A DNA stretch of 64,000 nucleotides from contig OZ223209.1 in assembly GCA_965140415.1 (NCBI GenBank), forward strand, positions 224,001 through 288,000, in the 5' to 3' direction. This DNA is from Myxococcota bacterium. Lineage in GTDB: Bacteria > Myxococcota_A > SURF-8. Shown here one piece after another: positions 8,527 to 18,019 of this stretch (positions are counted from its first letter, which is position 1; every line of letters begins with the position of its first letter). Below the pieces are notes generated by a model. That model searched no databases, had not been told where the DNA came from, and was given only the letters and a program-made list of their open reading frames with translations. The position numbers were made by a program, and so were the translations under genes.

Positions 8527-10926
8527 ATGAGTGAGCAGCAGCTACTGAGATCTTCCCACCTGATAACGCTGGCTTTACTGGTTTTGCTGGCAATCGGTGG
8601 TTGTTCGAAATTCGATAATCCGGTGGAGTTGGACGGCGGCAGCAGTACACCTAGTGTCACCGGGGCTGTTACAGTGAACATCAATGGCATCGATCCCACC
8701 GCCACCGTTTTGGTGGTTGAACTCGATTGGGCCGAGTCCAGTAATGCCCCCGAAGCATTGTTGCGTAAAACCGTGGCGTTGGATGGCCGTTTCGGTGAAC
8801 TTTCCTTCACCATCGATGGCCTGGGCGCAGGAATCGGCACCGCGCATGCGGGAACGTTTGTCGGATCGCTGCCCTGGCAGGAAGTGATGGACAGCGAACC
8901 GGTGCAACTCGAGGAAAACGAGCAGAAGAGTGTAACCATCGACCTGGTCGCACCGGATGGCGACGTCGATTTCAACTTCGATTTCGATCCCTTGGGACCG
9001 GATGGGGATACCGTAGACGGCGATACGACTGACGGCGATGCAACCGACGGCGACACCACCGACGGTGATTTGACCGACGGTGACGACGATATTGACACGC
9101 AGCCGTGGACGCCTTCCGCAATTTTTGATGTGCCCTATACGCCCAACGAGCCCGATTTCAACGGTGAGGTGGATCGCTTCAACGAATGGTACTATTCCGA
9201 TGTGGTCGAATTCGCTACCGCAGCCGGTTCGGGGACGCAGGTCTTCGCCATGCATACCACCGACCGGTTGTATCTTGCAGCGGTCATTCCGAGCATGATG
9301 TCCAGCAGCGAAGAAAACGACAGCTTCGGCTTTGCCTTCGATCCCGACATCGAAACGCCCGGCGACGAGTTCGTGCTGTATTTCTCGCGTCTACAGGCGA
9401 TTCAGTCCTGTCAGGCACTGGGTCAGCCGACCTGTTTGAGCCTGCCAATCGGTCAGAGCAACGCTTACAAGCTGCGCCAGTCCGAATGGGCGCTGGGTTG
9501 GCAACTGGAAGTTTATGTAACCTATAATGCGCTGGGAATATTGCAGAACATTCCCAAGCGCATGCGCTTTGCGGTGATCAACGAAGACAATAACCAGCTT
9601 TACTACTGGCCCAACGCCGATGTGGACATCGAAGACATTCTCAGTTGGGGTGCTATGGAAAGCAGTGATGACTGGGGGTATGTGAATTACCCCGATGGCG
9701 ACACGCCAGTGGATGGCGACACGCCTGTGGATGGTGACACGCCTGTCGATGGTGACACGCCTGTCGATGGTGACACGCCTGTTGACGGCGATACGCCGGT
9801 TGACGGCGATACGCCGGTCGATGGCGACACACCGGTCGATGGTGACCAGCCGATCGATGGGGATTCCGACGGCGATGCGGAGATCAGCGAAGGCGATCCG
9901 GGGTTCTGTGTGCCCTATCGCAAATACTGCTTCGAGGACAATGGCGATTGGTACATGCGTCCCTGCAACTTCGATGGTACCGCGTTTGCCGATAACGTAT
10001 GGTGCCACGATCCCAACGGCTGCACAGACGATCTGTGCATCGAGGGTGAAATTGGTTGCTATTACGAACCGAATTCAGCTCCCTGTGACGATGGCAACTT
10101 CTGTACGGAAAACGATACCTGCGGTGGAGGGACTTGCAGTGGTGACGCAATCGATTGTGACGACGGCAACGAATGCACCTACGATGAACCCCGCAGCAAT
10201 CTGCCGGGCTGCTGCCTGTATACGGCCACCAATTTCGATCAGGCCTGCGACGATCACGACGAATGCACGACCGACACAACCTGCAACAATAACGGTGAAT
10301 GCACCAACGCCACGGTAATCCCCGGTTGTTGCACCGGTCACCCGGACATGGTCAAGCTTTCCGGTGATGTCTGCATCGATAAGTATGAAAGCGTCATTGC
10401 CGATGAGCCTTACTGCGCCGGATTGGGTGGCACACGCTATGGTGAATCGTCGGATGATTACCCGGAAAACGGTTTCCCGGACAATGTTTCGAGCAGCACC
10501 CAGACCACGATTCTTTACGCCTGCCAGCTTGCAGGGGACATTCCATCAAGTTTCATGACTTACAGCCAGGCATTGACCGCCTGCGAAAATTCCGACAAGC
10601 GCCTGTGCAGTGAAAGCGAATTCACACAAGCCTGCGGCGGGGCGTCGTCGCAGAGCTATCCCTATGGTGACAGCTATCTTGGAAGCGTGTGCAATGGCTC
10701 CGACGCCGGCATTTCCGTGGCGGCATGTGGCAATTACGCCAGTTGCGAACGCGATGGCGTGTACGATCTGTCCGGCAATCTGGAGGAATGGAGCAGCGAG
10801 CAGACCGCTTGTGGCGGCTCCTTCAATTCCCTGGAAAGCGATTTGACCTGTAGTTCCTGTGAAGTTCGCAATCCGGCTGGCGCTACCGTGGTGCGTGGCC
10901 TGCGCTGCTGCATCGATCAGGATTAG
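8527..10926 (+). CDS. multidomain lipoprotein: DGD linkers, CBM9/DOMON-like domain, Cys-rich repeats, C-terminal FGE-sulfatase (SUMF1)-like domain
   Basis: Lipobox IGGC; CDDGNxCT repeats; CIDKYE, KRLC, GVYDLSGNLEEW, GLRCC. Confidence 0.85.
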   Translation: MSEQQLLRSSHLITLALLVLLAIGGCSKFDNPVELDGGSSTPSVTGAVTVNINGIDPTATVLVVELDWAESSNAPEALLRKTVALDGRFGELSFTIDGLGAGIGTAHAGTFVGSLPWQEVMDSEPVQLEENEQKSVTIDLVAPDGDVDFNFDFDPLGPDGDTVDGDTTDGDATDGDTTDGDLTDGDDDIDTQPWTPSAIFDVPYTPNEPDFNGEVDRFNEWYYSDVVEFATAAGSGTQVFAMHTTDRLYLAAVIPSMMSSSEENDSFGFAFDPDIETPGDEFVLYFSRLQAIQSCQALGQPTCLSLPIGQSNAYKLRQSEWALGWQLEVYVTYNALGILQNIPKRMRFAVINEDNNQLYYWPNADVDIEDILSWGAMESSDDWGYVNYPDGDTPVDGDTPVDGDTPVDGDTPVDGDTPVDGDTPVDGDTPVDGDTPVDGDQPIDGDSDGDAEISEGDPGFCVPYRKYCFEDNGDWYMRPCNFDGTAFADNVWCHDPNGCTDDLCIEGEIGCYYEPNSAPCDDGNFCTENDTCGGGTCSGDAIDCDDGNECTYDEPRSNLPGCCLYTATNFDQACDDHDECTTDTTCNNNGECTNATVIPGCCTGHPDMVKLSGDVCIDKYESVIADEPYCAGLGGTRYGESSDDYPENGFPDNVSSSTQTTILYACQLAGDIPSSFMTYSQALTACENSDKRLCSESEFTQACGGASSQSYPYGDSYLGSVCNGSDAGISVAACGNYASCERDGVYDLSGNLEEWSSEQTACGGSFNSLESDLTCSSCEVRNPAGATVVRGLRCCIDQD
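9694..9855 (+). repeat. 18-bp coding tandem repeat (DGDTPV x8 plus DGDQPI)
   Basis: The eight DGDTPV units differ only at synonymous positions. Confidence 0.95.
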
Positions 10927-10941
10927 AAACGGGGAACGCAG

Positions 10942-11394
10942 ATGCGGGTGGTAGCGCAGCGAGTCAGCCGTGCTTCGGTAACGGTCGATGGTGAAACGCT
11001 TGGCGAGATCAGGTGCGGCTTGCTGTTACTCGTTTCGGCGGGTCAGGACGATACCGACCGGGATCTGGAATGGATGGCAAACCGGGTGCTGAATCTGCGC
11101 GTATTTCCCGATGAAAAAGACCGCATGAATCGCAGCGTGCTGGATGTCTCCGGCGAACTGCTGGTTATCAGTCAATTCACTCTACATGGGGACTGCCGCA
11201 AGGGGCATCGCCCCAGCTTTGTACGTGCCATGGCCCCCGATGCTGCAAAAGATTTCTTCGACCGCTTTCTAAAGCGATTGGAAACGAGCGAGTTGAGTAA
11301 GGTCGCTACCGGTCGTTTCGGTGCGAACATGCAGGTTTCGCTGATCAACGACGGTCCCGTAACTCTGCTAATCGATTCGAAGAAAGAATTCTAG
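10942..11394 (+). CDS. dtd: D-aminoacyl-tRNA deacylase
   Basis: MRVVAQRV, SQFTL, NDGPVT. Confidence 0.97.
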   Translation: MRVVAQRVSRASVTVDGETLGEIRCGLLLLVSAGQDDTDRDLEWMANRVLNLRVFPDEKDRMNRSVLDVSGELLVISQFTLHGDCRKGHRPSFVRAMAPDAAKDFFDRFLKRLETSELSKVATGRFGANMQVSLINDGPVTLLIDSKKEF

Positions 11395-12100
11395 AGAAAG
11401 GCCGAAAGCGCCAGCCGCGTCAGCGGACCGATCCCCGCAACGGTTTCCATCACCTCGAAAACCCAGTTGCATCGTCCCAGTTCTTCCGCCTGTTTCGTCA
11501 AAGCCGCCATCTGGCCGGACGCCAGCTGAAACGTGGAGAAATGCGCCTCGATCAGCGTTTTGATCTCGGTCGGCATGACTTGCAGCAGACGTTGCTTCCA
11601 GGCGCTTTCGGTCGTCAAACTTCCAGAGGCACCGGCCAGTCCGTATTCCCGCAAGAGCGCTTTGGCCGCGTTTCTCGCCTGGGTCATGATTTTCACCTGT
11701 AACTGTCGAGTTCTCAGCACCGAACGCAATTTCCGCATCGATTCGGGAGGCAATCGTACTTCCCGTAAAAGCGCACCGGTACGCAGATTCGTACACAGAT
11801 CCTGCGCGTCGCGGGCGTCGGTCTTTTTCTTTTTTTAAGCGGGTTTTGCTGGCCACCTCGTCGGCAGGATACACGTGCGGATCTCCTCCCAATTCGGCGA
11901 TGATGCCGCTGACAACGTAAGCTTTCGAGCAGGCTTCCATGCCGACCGAAGAGCTGGGGTGTTCTTGCAGTACGGATGCGTGCGCTTTTTTCAAGCCATT
12001 GAAATCCGTCGGGTATGAATCGAGCTGCACTTGCTTTCCTTCTTCATCTTGAATGCAGAATGTCGTTGACTTCTGATGCACGTCTAATCCAATACAAAAC
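11391..12100 (-). pseudogene. IS110 family recombinase remnant (frameshifted, truncated)
   Basis: CIGLDVHQ and VGMEAC in one frame, KTDARDA and VAGIGP in another; no start codon before the GLD motif; C-terminal part absent. Confidence 0.85.
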
Positions 12101-12245
12101 GATTTGAAACACCGAAAAGCTCTTCAATGCAACTGTCCGGTTGACTTTTTTGTTCAACCCGCTATTCTGAATTTGTAAAGGCAGCGTTCTGGTTTACCAC
12201 GCACGATGTGTGCTGCGCGGATTACCATTAAAGACAAAGGTCGGT

Positions 12246-13148
12246 ATGACAGCGGACAAGCATAATCTTTCCGCTCCCATCGAGGATCTGCTGAACGAAC
12301 TGGCTCTCAGTCACCCCGAGTTGATCCTGCTTTGGGCGGAGAAAATGCGGCAGGTGGCCGCCGTTGCGGCGGGCGTCGCCCATGAAATCAACAATCCGCT
12401 AAGCGGCATCATGCAAGCCACGCAACTGCTCACGCGCGGGTTGGACATGACGCATCCGCGCACGAAAGATAAACTGACGGAATTCGGTTTTTCCGAGGCG
12501 GAACAGCAGAAACTGCAACAGTACATCGAACAGCGCGGCCTGCTGACTTTTACCGACATGATTCAGGATTGCGGAACGCGCACCGGTGAACTGGTATCCG
12601 ATTTTTTGCGTTATGCGCGGCGGGCTCCGCTAAAGGAACAGCCGGTCGAGTTGACCTCCCTGCTCGAGCAAACGTTAAAGCTCGTGCACCACGATGGCGA
12701 TCTGCGGCGTTTGGAGATGCACCAAAGCGTAGAAGTGACAACCGATTTTCGGGATGGTCTTGTTGAGGTACTCGGAGATCGGGTCATGATGCAGCAAGCC
12801 TTGATCGGCGTACTGCGTTTGTCGTTTTTACGCCTGCACCGGCATTGGAAATCCGTTCCGGAATTTTCACCGGAACTACGAATGACCGTGTTTCGGGAAG
12901 CGAATCAAAGCGGGGTCGTCTGGATCAGCGATAACAGCCCCGAACTTTCTCTGGCGCAACAGCAACGATTGCTGCCTCCGGATTCCCAACCGCTCAAGCC
13001 ACAGGGCGAGTTGTGGTTTGGATACGCTATCAGTCGGCGTATCGTGGAAAAAATCGGCAACGGTCGTTTTTCCATGTCCTGCCAATCCGGAAATCGTATT
13101 GAAATCGAGTGGCCGCTCGCAAGTTCTCAAGAAGGAAACCTGGAATGA
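12246..13148 (+). CDS. sensor-less histidine kinase-like protein with a degenerate ATPase domain
   Basis: H-box AHEINNPL intact; N, G1 and G2 boxes degenerate. Confidence 0.8.
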   Translation: MTADKHNLSAPIEDLLNELALSHPELILLWAEKMRQVAAVAAGVAHEINNPLSGIMQATQLLTRGLDMTHPRTKDKLTEFGFSEAEQQKLQQYIEQRGLLTFTDMIQDCGTRTGELVSDFLRYARRAPLKEQPVELTSLLEQTLKLVHHDGDLRRLEMHQSVEVTTDFRDGLVEVLGDRVMMQQALIGVLRLSFLRLHRHWKSVPEFSPELRMTVFREANQSGVVWISDNSPELSLAQQQRLLPPDSQPLKPQGELWFGYAISRRIVEKIGNGRFSMSCQSGNRIEIEWPLASSQEGNLE

Positions 13149-13537
13149 CTCCCATTTCCGTGCTGATTATCGAAGACGAACCCTACATTCGCGACAGTCT
13201 GGCCGAGTTTCTGGTGGATGAAGGATTTATGGTGGAGATCGCGGAAAGCGGCGAAGAGGCTCTGGACTGCTACCGCAAACGCCGTTTTCACCTTTGCATC
13301 GTGGACATTCGACTGTCTGGTATGGACGGCACCCGCGCCATTCAGAAAATCAAGGATCTAGATCCGCAAACCCGAATTCTGGTTTTTACCGGCTCCTTGG
13401 AATTTCAGATCAATGCCGATCTGGCACGACTGGGATTGACGGAGGAAAACGTCGTCTATAAACCGGTCAGCGATCTGGATGTAATCCTGCGCAAGATAGA
13501 AGGTCTTGGTTTCCGCCTGCCCAATCCCGTGTCGTAA
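13145..13537 (+). CDS. single-domain response regulator (receiver)
   Basis: IIEDE, phosphoacceptor VDIRLSGMDG, T and KP motifs; ATGA overlap with the kinase gene. Confidence 0.92.
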   Translation: MTPISVLIIEDEPYIRDSLAEFLVDEGFMVEIAESGEEALDCYRKRRFHLCIVDIRLSGMDGTRAIQKIKDLDPQTRILVFTGSLEFQINADLARLGLTEENVVYKPVSDLDVILRKIEGLGFRLPNPVS

Positions 13538-13562
13538 TTTCCTTTATTAGCGTTGCTTTATT

Positions 13563-13699
13563 GTAGCGGCGAGGCGTAAGCCCGCCGAAAAGCACTAGTT
13601 GATTTCAGGGTGGCGCGGGCTAAACCGTAGGTTTGCCCGTGTTCGAGGGTCAGCTTCGTTTCTCTCCGCTTGGCCCATGGGCTTACGCACCGCTGCTAC
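13563..13699. repeat. REPIN-like element: two inverted family A REPs flanking an ~80-bp module B
   Basis: GTAGCGGCGAGGCGTAAGCCCGCCG ... GGGCTTACGCACCGCTGCTAC; interior matches the reverse complement of 54893-54984. Confidence 0.8.
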
Positions 13700-13764
13700 A
13701 GCAACTGTTATTGCTAAAAATGACAGAGAATCCGTTAATCGACCAACCGAAAGCCATCATGTGC

Positions 13765-14592
13765 TTAACGTAAGGTGGCCATGCCGGTCAGAAATTCCAT
13801 TTTCTCCGTGAATCCGAACGAGTGATACAAGCGCCTGGCAACCGGATTGGCTGAGGCCACGTTCAGCCCGATCAAGCGTCCCGGCGCTTCGATGTGCTGC
13901 AACAGCGCCTGCATGATGCCCGCTCCCCAGCCTCGACCACGGGCTTTCGGATCGACGCCGACACTGCCGATGGCCGCAATATTGGATTCTGGTACGAAAA
14001 TATGAGTGCCTCCCATGGCGACGAGCTTTCCCTGACTATCGAAACCACCTACAAACGGGTTCTGCTCGAACTGTGCCTGCGTGAACCAGATTTCCGGCAC
14101 CTGCTTATACAGTTTCCGGATATCGGGTAGATCTTCCGAAGTCAATTTTCGGATGCCGGAATGCGGCTCCTTTTTCGGGGTCTGTTGCGGGTTCGTTCGG
14201 ACCATGCGCATGTGCGGTTTGAGCCAATCGAAACGAAAACGCTGCTGAAAAGCATCCAGCATTTCCATGGGAAGATGAATGATCGCCCGGTGCGGAAGCG
14301 ATAACTGTTGCAGGCAGGCGAAAATCGCTTTGTTTTCACCGCCGCAGAGTAAGGCGGCGTTGTCACCGTCTTGAAAGTGCAGCCATACGCCCCGGATGTC
14401 GCCGGTTGCGGTTTCTCCGGTGTAGAATTGCGATTGGCTGGCGTAGGGTTCTTCCAGATCGCCTAGGAAATACAGGTAAGCTGCCGGATCGCTTTGTAAA
14501 AAACGACGCAACGTCGGATCGTTGGTGTTTCGCTGCCGGACCTGCAACGGTGCGATATCTTTGTTTTTGCCCGATTTTGGGGTTTGCTTCAT
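13765..14592 (-). CDS. GNAT family acetyltransferase (FR47-like)
   Basis: VGVDPKARGRGWG motif A, NPVARRLYHSFGF. Confidence 0.9.
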   Translation of the reverse strand: MKQTPKSGKNKDIAPLQVRQRNTNDPTLRRFLQSDPAAYLYFLGDLEEPYASQSQFYTGETATGDIRGVWLHFQDGDNAALLCGGENKAIFACLQQLSLPHRAIIHLPMEMLDAFQQRFRFDWLKPHMRMVRTNPQQTPKKEPHSGIRKLTSEDLPDIRKLYKQVPEIWFTQAQFEQNPFVGGFDSQGKLVAMGGTHIFVPESNIAAIGSVGVDPKARGRGWGAGIMQALLQHIEAPGRLIGLNVASANPVARRLYHSFGFTEKMEFLTGMATLR

Positions 14593-15902
14593 GGAGTAAG
14601 TGTTTTTCGTAGCTGGAAGCGATCCAGCACCTGTTCGCCATTACCACTGTAAGCGGTTGCGCTTAATTCGCCGGCTTGCACCTGCACAACCACGTAATTT
14701 CCAAGCTTTCCATGCGCCGAGGTCGCCGTCCACCAGTTGCTGCCGTTGGAATAGCCGGGCGCGTAAAATCCACCGGCAACGACGTACACCGTGCCTTTGC
14801 CGTCAATAGCGCGCTTGCCGTTGCGGATCGGATGGCTGCGTTCGTAGTTGTGATCGTGTCCGGTGACGACCAAGTCCACGCCGTAGCGGTCGAACAGCGG
14901 TTCCCAATATTTTTGCAGATATCCGGTATTGCCGTGCCTGGACGAAGAATACACGGCGTGATGGCACATCACCACCGTCCAGCGCGTGGCGGGATCGGTG
15001 CTGGCTTTTTTCAAATCGCGTTCAAGCCAGGCGACTTGCTTTTTCGCGAATTTTTTGTTCAACGAATTCAAGCCGATCAAATGCACCCGGCCCACATCCA
15101 CCGACCAGGCGCTTTCCTGCAACTCGGAAGGCAGATTCGCATATCGTGGCAGAACGAACAATTCGTGGTACAAATCCCACTCCCGCTCGTGATTGCCGAT
15201 CACCGGCATCAATACCCGCGTCATCAGCACCGGTTGCATGGCGGAAAACCACTGCTGCCATTGCTGCGGTTCACCATCGTCGGTCATGTCGCCGGAAAAG
15301 AGCCAGAAGTCCGCTTCGATCTTGGCCAGCCGTTCGATGTTGTGCCGGATACCCTCGATGCCGCTACGGCTGTCACCGGCAACGACGAAGGTCAGTGGCG
15401 CATCGCTGCCTCGTTCGGGAGTGGTGCGGAAAGAACTCATGGGCGAAAGCGTCGGACGCACGAACATGCCCGACTGCGGATCGTGGCTTTCGAAATCGCC
15501 TGCACGATAGCGATATTCCGTATCCGGTTTCAGTCCGGTCAGGGTCACGCTCCAAAGCGGGCTGCGACCATCATGTTGTTGAATCGGCTGTGCCTCGCCG
15601 CTTTTAATTTGGCCGCCCATTGCCGCCGCGCGATTGTTCAATGCGGCAGGTGCATACCAGACCTTTGGAATATAGTTTTTAGTGGGTCGCGTCGTGCGCC
15701 ATTGGATGGTGATGCTGGTGGCGGGGTCGTCGCTCCAGCTTAGATGCAACGATTCCGGCTTGGAGGCGATCCGGGCGGATTCCGAACTTTGCACCTGTTC
15801 GGCGGCGTCCAATGACATCCACTGGAAGATTCCCACGCCCAGTAGCAGTGCGACAAACGGAATCCATAGCGCAGCCCGCAGCGATGTACGTTTTAACGAC
15901 AT
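14589..15902 (-). CDS. purple acid phosphatase-like metallophosphoesterase with N-terminal FN3 domain
   Basis: GDS, GDM, GNHE, HH, GHDH motifs; N-terminal signal/TM segment. Confidence 0.92.
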   Translation of the reverse strand: MSLKRTSLRAALWIPFVALLLGVGIFQWMSLDAAEQVQSSESARIASKPESLHLSWSDDPATSITIQWRTTRPTKNYIPKVWYAPAALNNRAAAMGGQIKSGEAQPIQQHDGRSPLWSVTLTGLKPDTEYRYRAGDFESHDPQSGMFVRPTLSPMSSFRTTPERGSDAPLTFVVAGDSRSGIEGIRHNIERLAKIEADFWLFSGDMTDDGEPQQWQQWFSAMQPVLMTRVLMPVIGNHEREWDLYHELFVLPRYANLPSELQESAWSVDVGRVHLIGLNSLNKKFAKKQVAWLERDLKKASTDPATRWTVVMCHHAVYSSSRHGNTGYLQKYWEPLFDRYGVDLVVTGHDHNYERSHPIRNGKRAIDGKGTVYVVAGGFYAPGYSNGSNWWTATSAHGKLGNYVVVQVQAGELSATAYSGNGEQVLDRFQLRKTLTP

Positions 15903-15988
15903 TGCGTCCTCCTCTCTCTGTCCGAGCTTACGAGGGGGAGAGGGATCCTGTCAAGTTGCTTGTCGGTGTCGTAAGAAGAATCGTGTGG

Positions 15989-17272
15989 CTATTTCGAGCG
16001 CTTTGCAAATTCGTATTCTTTGATCTTCTGGAGGTAGACCCCGAAATAAAACGGCAGGCGGACAAGCCCTTCGCGCAGAGAAAGAGAATTCCCGGTGAAG
16101 TGCTGCAAACAGGTTCTGAAACGAAAGCCTTTCGACAAGTGCTTTCCTGCGTGATAGTAGTAGGGAATGTTTCGATAGTTCGAATCGTCTGCACCAATCG
16201 ATCCGCACAGTAGCGCCACGTTTCCGCCAAATGCGCCGATGCGATCCAGCGCCGTACTCGGGTCGCTATTTTCGCTTAGTCCAATTTCTTTGGCGATCGT
16301 GGAGAAGCAGAAAAGGCTATCCACCGTGGAATCGGATTTCAACACGTTTGCCCGGCAAATCGGATCCAAAAGAGAATAACCTATGGTGTTTGCGCCCGGT
16401 TTCTGCTCGTCGATGGCCGGTAAATTCGGTGTGATCGTAACAACGGCGGCAATGTTTTCCCGAGAAACTTGACCGAGAAGCTCGGCTAAAAGCGTTTCGT
16501 CAATGGCATGATTGACCCTGCCGAAGCGAATGATTTCGGGTGTTTGGTGCATGTTATCATTGAAAGCGGGCAAAAATTGTAGATCATCCAGCGGTAACTG
16601 TTGCCTTTTTACTTCCGTAACCAGAGCTCTGATTTCCTTTGGATATTTGGAGGTCAGGGAGTTGGCGTGCAGCCTGTAGCGATACAGAATTTCACGCACC
16701 GCTTTAAAAGGAAAGTGCTTGCGCGCCCGAATCCAGTATTCGTAATCCTCCACGCCCTGAATGCTTTCGTCGTATTCACCGGTGCGTTCGTAGCATTGCC
16801 GGGTAAACAGGAAGCAACATCCGACCTGATTGCAGCCCATCGTGCAGAGAGACGGGCAACCGGGCCAGACAACGCTTCCCTGTTCCTCCTCGGCATGTTC
16901 GGCAATCGCTTCCCAGGCGGAATAGACCAGACCGACGGTTTCATCTTTTTGCAAATGAAAAATCAGTCGCTCGATAGCATGCGGAAGAAATTCGTTGTCG
17001 TCCGAGGTCCAAGTCAGGTACTCGCCTTTCGCCCGGCGAAAACCGGAATTCAAACTGGCGGGTAAGCCCCGGTTCACGTCGTGTTCGATGATAACCAGCC
17101 GCCTATCCGAAAAACGAGACAAGACTTCCGCCGTGTTGTCCATCGAACCGTCGATCACGACAAGGCATTCGAGATTGCGGTAAGATTGGGAGAAAACGCT
17201 TTTCAGCGCTTTTTCAAGATGCATCGCTCCATTGTAGGTCGGCAATATGATCGATACGAGCGGCTCTTTCAT
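15989..17272 (-). CDS. GT2 glycosyltransferase with uncharacterised C-terminal extension
   Basis: VSIILPTYN, IDGS, SDD, EDYEYW; start chosen at MKEPL. Confidence 0.88.
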   Translation of the reverse strand: MKEPLVSIILPTYNGAMHLEKALKSVFSQSYRNLECLVVIDGSMDNTAEVLSRFSDRRLVIIEHDVNRGLPASLNSGFRRAKGEYLTWTSDDNEFLPHAIERLIFHLQKDETVGLVYSAWEAIAEHAEEEQGSVVWPGCPSLCTMGCNQVGCCFLFTRQCYERTGEYDESIQGVEDYEYWIRARKHFPFKAVREILYRYRLHANSLTSKYPKEIRALVTEVKRQQLPLDDLQFLPAFNDNMHQTPEIIRFGRVNHAIDETLLAELLGQVSRENIAAVVTITPNLPAIDEQKPGANTIGYSLLDPICRANVLKSDSTVDSLFCFSTIAKEIGLSENSDPSTALDRIGAFGGNVALLCGSIGADDSNYRNIPYYYHAGKHLSKGFRFRTCLQHFTGNSLSLREGLVRLPFYFGVYLQKIKEYEFAKRSK

Positions 17273-17539
17273 CTCTGCCTTCGTTCTGTTCGTTTTCCTG
17301 AAATCAGGATATCTGATTAAGTGGTTCTCCCTATTCTTCAAGCAAGTTACATGAAATCCACCGAATTTCCAAATGAACTTTCATTGTGGGAAGGCCAGGG
17401 GGCCATGCGTAAGTGACATTCTTTACAAGGACGTAAGAATACGATTTTACTAGTATCTTGTAGGAATAATAGTATTATCATAACTGGTCTTCCATCTGGT
17501 TACGATAAGGATCTATTTTTGTTGGAAAGGGGATATGCA

Positions 17540-17746
17540 ATGGCGGATTGTAAGCTGCTTGCCGGATGCGCGTTTTTCAACAAGGCTATCGGACCGCTTG
17601 CCGAAATGATGCGCGTCAAGTATTGCCAGGGCGATTTCGAGAACTGCGCACGGTATATGATTGCAACCAAACTTGGAAGAGAAAAGGTGCCTCAAAGCCT
17701 GTTTCCAAACATGCAGGAAAAAGCGAAACAAATTCTTGCTGGTTAG
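17540..17746 (+). CDS. small four-Cys hypothetical protein (68 aa)
   Basis: RBS AAGGGG; C-x5-C...YC-x5-CARY...P-x2-LFPN pattern. Confidence 0.7.
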   Translation: MADCKLLAGCAFFNKAIGPLAEMMRVKYCQGDFENCARYMIATKLGREKVPQSLFPNMQEKAKQILAG

Positions 17747-17815
17747 AGGTGCAAGTCAGCCTGTTTGTTTGCAACTGCCGCTTGATTGAATCGCCTGTTT
17801 TGGAGACGACACCTG

Positions 17816-17976
17816 TCTGCCCATCAAGTAATCGGGATGTGGCCTGTTCTAACGGAATGGAGATTCCGGGAAGCCGTGTGTAACTATAAGAAAATACACA
17901 GCCTTCCACGATCTCGGATCGCGTAAGACTATGGCACAAACTCACAGAATCTGTGACTAAAAATGATTAAGAACCG
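17816..17976 (+). repeat. ~160-nt structured dispersed repeat, copy 2
   Basis: Aligns with 1627-1790. Confidence 0.9.
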
Positions 17977-18019
17977 GTATATCGATCATGAAAGCAAGGT
18001 TTAAATATAAGATCAAAGA

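Noticed and set aside
9694-9855. Tandem repeats as a CRISPR array
   Set aside because: No spacers; in-frame coding repeats with synonymous variation
10340-10926. FGE/CLec domain as a diversity-generating retroelement target
   Set aside because: No reverse transcriptase and no adenine-variant template repeat seen in the window
11824-11836. Programmed -1 frameshift at an A7G run in IS110
   Set aside because: The shift needed is +1 and the gene is truncated; mutation or sequencing error is more likely
14676-15743. 355-aa + strand ORF
   Set aside because: Antisense shadow of the phosphatase gene
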